From Octopus vulgaris (lineage: Eukaryota): a stretch of DNA of 64,000 bases. Position numbers and translations under genes: made by a program. The stretch spans positions 50,096,001-50,160,000 of the forward strand of contig OX597829.1 in assembly GCA_951406725.2 (NCBI GenBank), in the 5' to 3' direction. Positions 40,165 to 53,182 of this stretch are shown piece by piece. A model generated the notes under the pieces. The model was not told the origin of the DNA, did not search any database, and was given only the letters and a program-made list of their open reading frames with translations. Numbering within the stretch: the first letter of the stretch is position 1; each line of letters starts with the position of its first letter.

Positions 40165-40168
<4 letters not shown>
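39920..40168. repeat. Apparently perfect fold-back hairpin (119-bp arms, 11-nt loop)
   Basis: 39920-40038 is the reverse complement of 40050-40168; (TA)n flanks. Confidence 0.92.
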
Positions 40169-40200
<32 letters not shown>

Positions 40201-40208
<8 letters not shown>

Positions 40209-40350
40209 GATAAAGAGGACAACAAACATTAAGGCAAGGCAAACAAATCAAGTCATATACATTATCATTATTTTTTCCAGTAATAATACTGTATACAACT
40301 TGAGATGTTTGCCGTGCCTTAATGTTTGTTGTCCTCTTTATCAATTATAT
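40201..40350. repeat. Imperfect inverted repeat (about 60-bp arms)
   Basis: taattgataaagaggacaacaaacattaaggca / tgccttaatgtttgttgtcctctttatcaatta. Confidence 0.85.
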
Positions 40351-41047
40351 ATTTTCTATATCGGAAATCTGCAATGGCTTTATAAGTACTATCTTGGATA
40401 CAACCTTGGAGCCTTAGTAATCTGTTACAGCACTTACCTAGTGTACCTAATTGTTTAAATCACCTGTGAACTAAACCCCCATACTTTGTATATATGTGTA
40501 TATATATATACGGACATGTGTGTGTGTGTATACATATATATATGCATGCGTATATACATACATACACACACATATATATCATCATCATCATCATCATTTA
40601 GCGTCCGCTTTCCATGCTAGCATGGGTTGGACGGGTCAACTGGGGTCTGTGAAGCTGGAAGGCTTTGTCAGGCCCAGTCGGATCTGGCAGTGTTTCTACG
40701 GCTGGATGCCCTTCCTAACGCCAACCACTCCGCGAGTGTAGTGGGTGTTTTTTACGTGCCACCTGCACAGGTGCCAGACAGAGCTGGCGAACGGCCACGA
40801 ACAGACGGTGCTTTTACGTGTCACCGGCACGGGGGCCAGCCGAGGCTGACAACGAACACGAACGGATGGTGCTTTTACGTGCCACCGACACGGGGCCAGA
40901 CAGGGCTGGCAAACGGCCACGAACGGACGGTGCTTTTACGTGTCACCGGCACGGGGGCCAGCCGAGGCTGGCAACGGATGGTGCTTTTACGTGCCACCGA
41001 CCAGGTTACCAGACAGAGCTGGCAAACGGCCACGTATATATATATAA

Positions 41048-41254
41048 AGTTAATCCAAACATGAAAGTACAAAAAAACACAACAAAGCGAGGACGTGGAA
41101 CAAATATAGTATTATTGGACGCTCAGGAAAGAAGGAAAGAAGGAGGGTTTAACGTTTCGAGCGGAGCTCTTTGTCGGAAACATAGGAGAAGGAAAGATCC
41201 AGAGAAGGGAAGACAGAGGAAAAAAAATCGCCAACGGTACACACGAGGTCACAT
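41048..41254 (-). mobile_element. About 200-bp PLE-type non-coding element in TA tract (copy 1)
   Basis: Near-identical to 42905-43101; hammerhead core mutated to CCGACAA. Confidence 0.7.
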
Positions 41255-41521
41255 GTACGTATGTATGTATGTATGTGTATGAGAGCCTGTGTGAGTGTGT
41301 GTGAATGTTTACATCTCTTTGTCTTGATATTGCATGATTGTTGCTGTCATACAAAGCATTAATGTCATTGATTTCAAACATGTCTGGCCACAGAGAAACG
41401 TTACCTTGCTTACAAACAGGTGAGGGTTGATGACACAAAGGGTACCTCGCTGTAGCAAAACCTACCTCAACAAATGCCGTATGTGACCCATGCAAAACAA
41501 GGAAAATTGGAAGCAAAAACA

Positions 41522-41571
<50 letters not shown>

Positions 41572-42448
41572 AATGATGGTGATGATGATGATAATGATGG
41601 TGATGATGATGATGGTGATGATAATGATGGTGATGATGACAGCAACAATGATAACGGTGGTAGTGATGATGATGATGATGATAACAATCATGATGATGAT
41701 ATATTTACACACACACTTCGTAAACCTGAAGTTTATTGAAATGCACTTCATAACTTGAACATTTCATGATCATACTGGTGATGATGATGATGATAATGAT
41801 GATGACGATGATGATGGTCGTTGTCGTCATCATCATCATAACCATCATCTCGATCATCCTGATTAAAATATTTAATTGATGGGAACTAGAAATATCATTC
41901 AATGAAACTCGTTAACGTCTTTTCTTTTAAAATTTTCCTAAATGAAACGCATCAATTTTTTTTGTTTTTTGTTTTTTTAACTTATTCCCCACACCCCGCC
42001 CACCACCACCACCAAACAAACAAGTTATCGATATTTTTTCATAAATCGATCAAACTATTCAATAAGCATAGATAAACCAGTTTTACATCCATTTTTTCTT
42101 TTTCTTTTTTTTTTTTTTTTTTTTACCATTATAAAAATGTCTTCAACAGCAGTCTTGTTCAAAGTTGTTGTTGCTGTTATTGTTGTTGTAACTGCTATCG
42201 CTGATCTTCAATGTTCCGTGAAGCATGATTAATCTGCTGCTCGCAGATCATTTTTTTTTTACCTTCTGTTTTTCCGTTTTTTAAAATAATATTTAGATTA
42301 TTTTTTTTTTGCCATACTATTAATGAAAATAATCTGGTTATGGACTATATGCTAATCAAATTGCACATTATATCTAAACCATCTTTTAAGCTATTCGGTT
42401 TAACATGCATTGGCAGCGTTGTCATTATCATTATATATATATACACAG

Positions 42449-42514
<66 letters not shown>

Positions 42515-42532
42515 TCATATATGTGTATATAT

Positions 42533-42872
42533 GTGGAGGCGCATGGCTCAGTGGTTAGAGCTTCGAGCTTACGATCGTGAGGTTGTGAGCTCGAATCCCG
42601 GACCGGGCTGCGTGTTGTGTTCTTGAGCAAAGCACTTTATTTGACGTTGCTCCAGTTCACTCAGCTGTAGAAATGAGTTGCGACGTCACTGTATCAAGCT
42701 GTATCGACCTTTGTCTTTCCTTTAGATAACACTGGTAGCGTGGAGAGGGGAGGCTAGTATGCATGGGCGACTGCTGGTCTTCCATAAACAACCTTACCCG
42801 GACTTGTGTCTAGGAGGGTAACTTTCTAGGTGCAATCCCATGGTCATTCATGACCGAAGGGGGTCTTTACCC
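42533..42872 (+). mobile_element. tRNA-derived SINE, family 4, young CpG-rich copy
   Basis: A-box tggctcagtgg, B-box gagctcgaatccc, inserted in (TA)n. Confidence 0.8.
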
Positions 42873-42904
42873 ATATATGTATATATATATATATATATAT
42901 ATGT

Positions 42905-43101
42905 AGTTAATCCAAACAAGAAGGCACAAAAAAACACAACATCGCGAGGACGTGGAACAAATATAGTATTATTGGACGCTCAGGAAAGAAGGAGGGTTTA
43001 ACGTTTCGAGCGGAGCTCTTCGTCGGAAACATAGGAGAAGGAAAGATCCAGAGAAGGGAAGACAGAGGAAAAAAAATCGCCAACGGTACAACAAGGTCAC
43101 A
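42905..43101 (-). mobile_element. About 200-bp PLE-type non-coding element in TA tract (copy 2)
   Basis: Duplicate of 41048-41254. Confidence 0.7.
42996..43030 (-). ncRNA. Minimal hammerhead ribozyme motif, U4C variant
   Basis: gttt-CCGACGA-a-gagc(tcc)gctc-GAAACGTT-aaac. Confidence 0.6.
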
Positions 43102-43149
43102 TATATGTATATGTATATATAGCTACATTCAGATGGCTAGTACACCTAC

Positions 43150-43192
<43 letters not shown>

Positions 43193-45437
43193 CACATTCA
43201 CATACATGTGTGTACACACACGTATATGTATACATATGTATATATATATATAGACACAAGGGTGTATGGAAAGTTGCTGGCTTTATGAGTATTGTGAAAG
43301 ACCTGGTTGGAGAACCAACCTTCCCGAGTTCTTTGTCAGGGCTTAGAAAAACTGAAAGACCGCTGCAATAAGTGTGTGAGTCTGAGAGGGGAAGATGTCG
43401 ATTAAAATCATAATTAACTGGTCCTACTGTTTTTTCTTTTACGCAAAACAGGAACTTTTCAGCACCCCCTCATATGTATGTGTGTGTGTGTGTGTATATA
43501 TATATATCATCATCATCATCATCATCATCATCGTTTAACATCCGTTCTCCATGCTAGCATGGGTTGGACAGTTCGACCGGGGATCTAGGAAGCCAGAAGG
43601 CTGCACCAGGCTCCGGTCTTATCTGGCAATGTTTCTACAGCTGGATGCCCTTCCTAACGCCAACCACTCCGTGAGTGTAGTGGGTGCTTTTTATGTGCCA
43701 CCTGCACTGGTGCCAGGCGAGGCTGGCATCGGCCACGGTCGGATTGGTGCATTTTACGTGCCACCTGCACGGAAGCCAGTCGAGGCGGCACTGGATATAT
43801 ATATGATATGTGTGTATGTATGTGTTTGTGCATGCGTCTGTGTCTGTCTGAATGTTTCAAAATTTTATACATTTGTTTCTAATTACTAACCAATATTCTG
43901 CAGAATATCAATCAATTTTGAAGAGCAGAATGATAGATATCAATAATATTGGGTACAGAAAAAAAAAAAAGAAAAAAGAAATTGTTGAAATTAGGAAGGA
44001 AGCTTCCTGAAAGCTGACTAATTTAATCAATATGGTAACCAAATCTCATCCCATTATTCTAACTGAGGAACTGTCTAATGTTATAAAAAATGTATTTAGA
44101 AAAACAGGTACAACTCATTTTTGCCAGCTGAGTGAACTTGAGCAACATGAAATAAAGTTTCTTGCCCAAGGACACAACATACTGCCAGGAATTGAACTGA
44201 TGACCTTACAATCCTAACAATCTCTCAATCCTAAACACTCTAACCAGTAAGCTATGTGTCTTCATCATCATCACCATCATTATCATCATCATTTAATGTC
44301 CTTTTTTCTATGCTGGCATGGGTTGGATAGTCTGACAAGAGCTGACCAGCTGATGAAGGGCTGTTCAAGCTCCATGTCTGTTTTGGCTTGGTCTCAACAG
44401 CTAGATGCCCTTCCTAATACCAACCACAATTACAGAGTGTACTGGGTGTTTTCTATGCAGCCCCATCACAGGTGCTTTTTACATGGCACAAGCACCTACA
44501 AGTCTACAAGATTAGGGATGCTCAGCTGGAGAGGGTTTCAGGGGATGAGCTTCTATGCAAAGTCAACCATGCTTTTACATAGCTTGATGCTGTTTTCTCA
44601 AGCACAGCAAACTGCCAGAAGTCTCAGTCCCCTGTAATCCCCTCTGTGAGTCCTGACATCAGTAGATCCTTTCATACCACTTTGTCCCACGTCTTCCTTG
44701 GTCTACCCCTTCCACATGTTCCCACTACAATTAGAGACCAGCACCCCTTAATGTAACTGTCTTTATAAATACACATTACATGGCCATCCCAGAGCAGTCT
44801 TTTCTCTTGCACACTATATCTGACCCGAAGGAGTGAGTCAGTGCCCATAACCCTTTACAGCAGTGGTTCTCAACCATTCTTCGCCTATGGACCTCTTAGA
44901 TTCCCATTCTACTCTGGTAGACCCCACCCCTAGCCATTTGATGCTTAAAAGATCCTATTCTATTTTTATAATAAAATATTATTGGGAATCATATTAAAGA
45001 AATTAAAATATCTCATGTCTTGTAGAAGAATAACCAATTTATTCTTTCATTCTTTTACTTGTTTTAGTCATTTGATTAGGGTATTAGTCGAAGAAATTGA
45101 CCCCAGGATTTATTCTTTGTAAGCCAGGCACTTATTCTATTGGTCTCTTTTGCCAAACTGTTAAGTTATAGGGATTTAAACATGCCAATACCAGTTGTTA
45201 AGCAGTGATGGAGGCACAAACACAGTCACAAAGACACACACACACATATATATATGTGTATATATGTGTGTGTGTGTGTTTATATATATATAATTAAATA
45301 AATAATATATATATATGTGTATATATATATATATAATTATATAATATATATATATATATGTGTATATATATATATATAATTATATAATATATATATATAT
45401 ATGTATGTATGTGTGTGTGTGTGTGTGTGTGTGTATA

Positions 45438-45812
45438 TGGTACAGGACGTCACCAATTGGAAACAACATGAAGTATGAAAACAAACAAGCTAAATATGCA
45501 AACAATGAGAAAAAAATGGGAAACAGGACAAGTAACGATCCTGCATCAACTGTCGGCTGTCGATCTACTCCTCATTTCAAGCATTCAACAACAATATTAG
45601 TCTTCGAAGACAGTTGCTCCCATAACTTCCAAATTAAAATTTTGGATTTTATGGAGGGTCAAATTTGGGAACAAAAACAGGACAGTGGAGACATGCCAGG
45701 AAACCGAAACAAAAACGAACATGGATGGTCGTTAGACTTTTGACCCTCCATAAAATCCAAAATTTTATTTTGGAAGTTATGGGAGAAACTGTCTTCTAAG
45801 ACTCATATTGTC
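45438..45812. mobile_element. PLE-like element related to the 1946-2855 family, with internal inverted repeat (about 45592-45663 and 45738-45810)
   Basis: gtacaggac start, decayed hammerhead segment near 45525-45555, and ctcccataacttccaaa / tttggaagttatgggag. Confidence 0.6.
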
Positions 45813-46028
45813 ATTGATGACAATGATGATGACAATGACAAGATGGTCTTTGGTGGATGTAGTCTGAGAAACAGATGACATATTTATTTTCATGGCTATA
45901 GTACATTTGTCACAGCTCTATCCTTGGTGGGATGGGGTGGGGGCAACTAAAGAATAACAACAATAACAACATGATAATAAGCCAAAAAAAAAAAAACCGT
46001 GTGTGTTGCAAAAATACTGCTCACAAAC

Positions 46029-46137
46029 CTGTTTACAATTACCACAGCGTTTCAACATGGGGCAATGTTTCCAATAATGAAGATCAAGTCCCTTTTCATC
46101 AAATGATTTGTCTTTCTCACCACAGAAAATACAGGTG
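46029..46137 (-). CDS. CEP104: CEP104 exon, zinc-finger region (TCIFCGEKDKSFDEKGLDLHYWKHCPMLKRCGNCKQ)
   Basis: Acceptor tttttacag, donor CAG|gtttgt. CIFCGE...GLDLHYWKHCPML.RC..CKQ is the CEP104 ZnF signature; phase 0 into the next exon. Confidence 0.93.
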
Positions 46138-47044
46138 CTGTAAAAATAAGAAAAGAGAAGAAGAAAATTTTTAGTACTCAAACTGAAAGGAATGATAGCA
46201 GTGACAAAAACAGTAAAGTTCTAGACTCTAGAATGGTGGCTAACAACAGGGGTCCATATAATCCTTATATTATTTTGTTGCTAGAATTTATCTGCAATAA
46301 TGTTGTTGTACTTCTACAAACCACAAAATATTTTAACATTTTATTTTATACATTTCCTAATTATTATCATTATTTAATGTCTATTAAATCATCATCATCA
46401 TCATCGTTTAACGTCCGTTTTCCATGCTACCATGGGTTGGACGGTTCGACCGTGGTCTGGGAAGCCAGGAGGCTGCACCAGGCTCCAGGCTGATCTGGCA
46501 GTGTTTCTACAGCTGGATGCCCTTCCTAATGCCAACCACTCCATGAGTGTAGTGGGTGCTTTTTACATGCCACCGGCACAGGTGCCAGGTGAGGCTGGCA
46601 ACGGCCATGATCGGTTGGTGCTTTTTACGTGCCACTGGCACAGAAGCCAGTCAACGCGGCACTGGCAACGGCCACATTCGGATGATGCTTTTTATGTGCC
46701 ACCAGCACAGGGTATCACAACTACAATTTCCATTTGATTTTTTGATGTTGATGTACTTGACTCAATAGGTCTCCTCAAGCACAGTGTGTGAATATATATA
46801 TATATATCATCATCATCATCATCATCATCATCCTTTAATGTCCGCTTTCCATGTTAGCTTGGGTTGGACGATTTGACTGAGGACTGGCAAACCAGATAGC
46901 TACAGAGCTTCCACAGCTGGATGCCCTTCCTAATGCCAACCACTCCGAGAGTGCAGTGGGTGCTTTTATGTGTCACCTGCACGAGGGCCAGTCTTGTGGT
47001 ACTGGCTTCGGCCACACTCGAAATGATGATGGTTATTAAGAATT

Positions 47045-47447
47045 ACTCTTTACTCTTTTACTTGTTTCAGTCATTTGACTGTGGCCATGCTGGAGCACCA
47101 CCTTTAGTTGGGCAAATTGACCCTGGGTCTTATTCTTTGTAAGCCTAGTACTTATTCTATCGGTCTCTTTTGCCGAACCGCTAAGTGACGGGGACGTAAA
47201 CACACCAGCATCGGTTGTCAAGCAATGCTAGGGGGACAAACACAGACACACAAACATATACACACACACACACATATATACATATATACGACAGGCTTCT
47301 TTCAGTTTCCGTCTACCAAATCCACTCACAAGGCATTGGTCGGCCCGGGGCTATAGCAGAAGACACTTGCCCAAGATGCCACGCAGTGGGACTGAACCCG
47401 GAACTATGTGGTTGGTTAGCAAGCTACTTACCACACAGCCACTCCTG
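47045..47447 (-). mobile_element. Main-family SINE
   Basis: Near-consensus copy; an opposite-orientation copy lies at 48692-49092. Confidence 0.82.
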
Positions 47448-47866
47448 TTTAAAAAAGGGGAAAAAAATGGCTTTGAGGGTCCAGCAGAGTATGATTGGAA
47501 CCAAAGGAGACCATAAGGAAAAATATGATTGAGAAACACTGCTCGAGACTATATGCTGGATGCTGTTTAGTTGCAAAATTCTTCTATGATCTAAATTCAA
47601 TTCACATCATTATAATGGAGATGGAATACAGTCGACTCAGCCATTTCTTCCAATGAATCATTTTTTAAAAATTCTTTTACTTGTTTCAGTTATTTTTATT
47701 GTGGCCATGCTGGAGCATGGACTTATTCTTTGCAAGCCTAGTCCTTATTCTATCAGACTCTTTTGCTGAACTGTTAAGTTATGGGGACGGACGTAAACAC
47801 ACGAGCATTGTTTGTCAAGTGATATTGGGCGGGGAGGGGGGGGAACAAGGACACACAAACATATAC

Positions 47867-47907
<41 letters not shown>

Positions 47908-48691
47908 GCTTCTTTCAGTTTCTGTCTACCAAATCCACTCACAATGCTTTGATCAGTCCAAGACTATAGTAGAAGACACTAGCCCAATCATCATCATCAT
48001 TGTTCGACCGTGGTCCAATGCAATGGAATTTACCATGCTACGCCAGACTTCACGGTCCATCATGGCCTTATGCCTGTATCCCTGGAGATTACATCAGGGT
48101 AGGAGAGTGTGCGCCCTAAGGTATTGCGGGTAGATGGCTTCCAGAGGAGAAGAGTAGAAATTACCTCTTTTTCAGCTCTACAACAATGTCCGTCTAGAAG
48201 AACTTGGTGCAAATGCAGAATCATATGGCATTGATATAATAGCCCAAGGTGCCACACAGTGGGACTGAACCTGGAACCATGTAGTTGGTAAGGAAGCTAC
48301 TTACCACACAGCCACTCGAGCACCTATATATATATCCAACAAAGGGATCAGATATCTGAATAGACAGTAGCTTGGTAGATAAAGCCAAAAAGGATATGAA
48401 GACCAGGTTAGCCCCCAGCCCATCAAGAATCACCAGAGATGCTTAAAAAATTTGGCAGTATGGGTTATGTACGTCCTAAAAGTAAAAATAAACGTCAAGA
48501 TCTCTCTATCCTTCTGAAATCACATTGTAACTATTTTAGAAATTGCGAGGGACAGATTAAACAGTGTAATCCAACATCTGTGGTTCTTAAATTGGTGGTG
48601 AGGGGCAGCATTGGATTAACCATTATGGGTGAGGGAGGGCAGTTGCAAAAGAACGAGATTGGAGGCTGGATAAAGAAAGCAAGAATATATA

Positions 48692-49092
48692 GGCGCAGGA
48701 GTGACTGTGTGGTAAGTAGCTTGCTAACCAACCACATGGTTCCGGGTTCAGTCCCACTGCGTGACACCTTGGGCAAGTGTCTTCTGCTATAGCCTCGGGC
48801 CGACCAAAGCCTTGTGAGTGGATTTGGTAGACGGAAACTGAAAGAAGCCTGTCGTATATATGTATATACGTATAAGTGTGTGTGTATATGTTTGTGTGTC
48901 TGTGTTTGTCCCCCTAGCATTGCTTGACAACCGATGCTGGTGTGTTTACGTCCCTGTCACTTAGTGGTTCGGCAAAAGAGACCGATAGAATAAGTACTGG
49001 GCTTACAAAGAATAAGTCCTGGGGTCGATTTACTCGACTAAAGGCGGTGCTCCAGCATGGCCGCAGTCAAATGACTGAAACAAGTAAAAGAG
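48692..49092 (+). mobile_element. Main-family SINE, full length
   Basis: Near-consensus copy. Confidence 0.82.
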
Positions 49093-49990
49093 TATATACA
49101 TACATACATATGCGTGTGTATGTGTGTATGCATGTGCGTGGGTGTGTCTGTCAACCTGACGAGCTACGTGTAACGAGCTGAGGAGAATTTAAGTTGCATC
49201 GGTCTGAATCAAACTGTTTTAAATAATAATATATGCAACTCCTATTAAAAATGTGTTAAATGCCCCGTTCTTTCGTTCGTCCACTCACTCGTGTATGTGT
49301 ATAAACTTATGACGATTAAGCGAATATATATATATATATGTATATGTATATGTATATGTATATATATATATGAATATGTATGTGTTACAAATTTTCGCGT
49401 AATATCACAAATTTAGGAGTTGCCTCCCTTGCTTCTGGTCTATTGACAATCTTTGATTGCCTCCCCGAAGGTTATTTTTATTAAGAAGAGTCTGGTCCAT
49501 TAAGCAGCAGCTAATTACGGTGGTGGGCATAGAATTGTAACATCACTTTCTGTCTATTGGGAGTGTGTGTGTGTGTGTGGGGGGGGTAAGAACGGTTGGT
49601 TACACAAGCATTTTATTATTATTATTATTATTATTATATTACATAAGGCGGCGAGTTGGCAGAAGCGTTAGAACATGGGGCGAAATACTTAGCGGTATTT
49701 CGCCTGTCGCTAGGTTCTGATTTCAAATTCCGGCGAGGTCGAGTTTGCCTTTTCCCCTTTCGGGGGTCAATAAATTAAGTACCAGTGAAACACTGGGGTC
49801 GATGTAATCGACTAGTCCCCTCCCATAAAATTTCAGGTCTTGTGCCTATAGTAGAAAGTATTATTATATAAGGCGGCGAGCTGGTCACAATCGTTAGCAC
49901 GCCGGGCAGAATGCTTAGTGGCATCTCGTCTGTCTTTACGTTGCACGTTCAAATTCCGCCGAGGCTGACTTTGCCTTTTATCCTTTAGAG

Positions 49991-50197
49991 CAGGGGTGGG
50001 CAAACTACGGCCCGCCATAGGTTTTCATGCGGCCCGCCGAGAGGAATATTTCACAAAATTTCCTTTCAATCAATTGTGTGTTTATAGGTCTATAACCACC
50101 TTTAAAAATATTTTCACTTGATTTTTATAAATGAGGCCCGCCAAGGTTCCAAAGATGCACTGTGCGGCCCACGATCAAAAAAGTTCGCCCACCCCTG
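49991..50197. mobile_element. hAT-type MITE nested in a SINE
   Basis: TIR caggggtgggc / gcccacccctg with perfect 8-bp TSD ctttagag (49983-49990 and 50198-50205). Confidence 0.9.
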
Positions 50198-50832
50198 CTT
50201 TAGAGGGTTGATGAAATGGGTATCAGTTGAGAACTGTAATCGACTTGTACCCTCTCTCAAAACTTCAGGCGTTGTGCCTATAGCAAAAAGGATTATTATT
50301 TCATAAACAAGTTTTTCTGCCTATAAATTTCTGTACCCCACCCACTCCCACTACATTCCTTCCACCTCCCAGTCTCCTTTTGCAGTCTTGCAGACTTGCC
50401 CACCCATTCACCCTGTCCAATCCTTTATTTCAGTTCATTTATATTCACCTCCCTGTAATCTGAGTCTCTCTCTTTCTCTCTCTCTCTTCGTTCTTTCTTC
50501 CAACTGAGACACCCATGGATCTCTTCTACTCCAAGATGCCTATTTCTGTCCCTCAATTCATTCTCTAACCTTTCATCACTTGGCACAAAGCCACTTTCTT
50601 TCTCCACACTCCATTGGGGAGTCGTGTCTTGTAAATTCTTTGGTGTCTTCAGTGCTGCCGGTGCCTCATAAAAATGCACCCAGTCCACTCTGTAAAGTGG
50701 TCGGCATTAGAGGGGGCATCCAGCAACAGAGACCGTGCCAAAGCAGGCAATTGGAACCTCTCTGGCAGCTCTCTGCCTTTACAGTTCCTGTCAAACCATC
50801 CAGACCATGCCAGACATTAAATAAAGATCATG

Positions 50833-50868
<36 letters not shown>

Positions 50869-50992
50869 AAAGGAAGAAGAATGCTTGTTCCCACATAAAC
50901 CATTTATGTATATGACATTGTAATGCAACCATCATCTTAATGAACTGTGTGTATATATGTATGTATCTAGATAGATAGAGAGAGAGGGAGAA

Positions 50993-51023
<31 letters not shown>

Positions 51024-51124
51024 GATAGATAGATAAACAGACAGATACATATGTGTGTGTAAGTGTGTGCGTGTGTATATGAAGATGTGCATGTGTCTAT
51101 TTGTAGCATGACTAGGATATATAT

Positions 51125-51217
<93 letters not shown>

Positions 51218-51967
51218 TTGTCTTCTGGGCAAGACAGTCGGTAAAATGAGAGATAAATCAATAAAATCTGGTAAAATTCCCAGCCATGAATTTCTTTGTT
51301 TTTCATATAAGATGCATTCAAATACTTTACATTATTGGATTTTACCAAATGTTGTCCTTTCATTACCACTTTATATATATTTATATATACACATACACAC
51401 TTGCTGAGCAGTTGTAGGTGTGCTGTAGTGTTTAACTAATATATAAAGAGATTATTTGTGAGGGGGAGTCACAACATGAATGGATCCCTCTTTCCAGATC
51501 TTATTGGCTACAACTGGTGTACAAGTATTTTAGTTATACTGTAATTGAGTCAGACTTAGCAAACACTTGCTTAAGCGGGAGAATGTTCTAACAACATAAC
51601 ATCTGCATAGATTGGAACATGGCTGCATGGGTAAGAGTAATACTTTGTAATGTTGCGCATCTTAGTTTGAGCCTATAAGTGTGGTGTCTTCTGCAAAAGG
51701 TGCCTTTTAGTCTTTTTGCAGTAGTGGCTTTGCATCGGTTGATATTAGAGGGTGGAGGGTAGTGATGCTGGTAAGTTCCTGGTTTTAAGGGTATTGTGAA
51801 AGGCCTGGTTGGAGGTCCGACTTCCCCAGTTCTTTTTACAGGGCTTTGAAAAACTGAAGGGCTTCTACAATAAGTGTGTGAATCTGAGAGGGGAAAATGT
51901 TGAATAAAATCATAATTAACTGATTCTCTTGTATTTTCTTTTACCCAAAGACAGGATCTTTTCAGCG

Positions 51968-52010
<43 letters not shown>

Positions 52011-52575
52011 TGCACACACAAGGAGATGCTGAAATGCACCTGGTTTTAAGGGTACTGCCATGGGTCTGGTTGGAGGCCCAACCTTTCAAATTCTTTTACA
52101 GGGCTTAGAAAAACTGAAGGACTGCTGCAATAAATGTGTGAATCTGAGAGAGGAATATGTTAAATAAAATCATAATTAACTGATCCTCCTGCCAGGAACT
52201 TTTCAACACACACACACACACACATTTAACTAAAGATCTTGGTAAGCTGAGGAGCAGCACCAAACTTCAATCTGATTTGGCATGGTTTCTATGGCTGGAT
52301 GCCCTTCCTAACGCCAACCACTTTGAGAGTGTGATGGGTGCTTTCATGTGTCACTGGCACAGATGTCATTTGTGGGACATCGGTCTCTGCCACAATGGAT
52401 CTTCCTTTTCAAGTGCGGAATATTACCACAGGTTTCAGTCACTTGTCATTGCCTCCATGAGGCCCAACGCTTGAAAGGTGCTTTTTATGTACCACCCTAC
52501 ATGGGTGCCAGTTATGTGACACCATCATCAGCCACAATTCACTTGGCTTGATGGGTCTTCTCAAGCATGGCATAT

Positions 52576-52615
<40 letters not shown>

Positions 52616-52694
52616 TTATATATCATTGCAATACAAAAGTATCACTTCCCAGCCAAATAAAGCACCATAAAAGTAGAATTATATATATATATAT

Positions 52695-53148
52695 AAGAAA
52701 CAGTGGCACAACAAGGCACCAATGTTTGCTGGAAATAGCAGTTGATAACGTTAAGACGCTATGTAAACTATTGTATTGCAATGACATTTAAAATCTTTAT
52801 AGAAAACTTTTTCACTGATCTTGGTTCTGTTAAAGTCTAGGCATTCAGCTGAATTTATGATGTGATATTTTAAAATTTCATCAAAGGTGAATCTAGCTGA
52901 TGAGGACTAATCAAATTTACAATAACAACCACATTTTGGAAAGTCTGAAATTCGGGTCCTAGATTATCCATTCTGGGTTGTCCATTTTTACAATGTTCTG
53001 CCTAGAGGTAAGGCAAAAAATTTTTTTATGTTCACTGCCCGCATATAGCTTTGCTAGTATATCTTTTTTTGAGTCTTTACATAGCATTGTATCTTTATCA
53101 ATTGATATTTCAGCAAACATTGGTGCCTTGTTGTACCACAATTTCTAA
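52695..53148 (+). mobile_element. PLE-like non-coding element with about 80-bp terminal inverted repeats and an internal hammerhead, in TA tract
   Basis: acaacaaggcaccaatgtttgctg / cagcaaacattggtgccttgttgt. Confidence 0.72.
52890..52965 (+). ncRNA. Type I hammerhead ribozyme motif (predicted cleavage after 52958)
   Basis: aatctag-CTGATGA-ggact...agtct-GAAA-ttcgg-GTC-ctagatt; perfect 7-bp helix I. Confidence 0.72.
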
Positions 53149-53150
53149 TT

Positions 53151-53182
<32 letters not shown>

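Noticed and set aside
40740-41035. Regularly spaced short repeats resembling a CRISPR array
   Set aside because: The spacers are similar to each other; this is the internal tandem repeat of a eukaryotic retroposon, and no cas genes are present.
42137-42232. 31-aa signal-peptide-like short ORF (MSSTAVLFKVVVAVIVVV...)
   Set aside because: The hydrophobic core derives from a GTT microsatellite; no other support.
42533-42615. tRNA gene
   Set aside because: The tRNA-like head continues into a SINE body and there is no clean cloverleaf or terminator.
44861-47541. Possible hAT element capturing a CEP104 exon (cagtggttctcaa ... ttgagaaacactg)
   Set aside because: The flanking 8-mers differ (ctttacag vs ctcgagac), so these are more likely two unrelated fragments.
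49150-49200. CTGACGA hammerhead-like core
   Set aside because: No GAAA or NUH at the required positions.
52959-53141. 60-aa minus-strand ORF
   Set aside because: It lies within an inverted-repeat element and shows no recognisable homology or splice signals.
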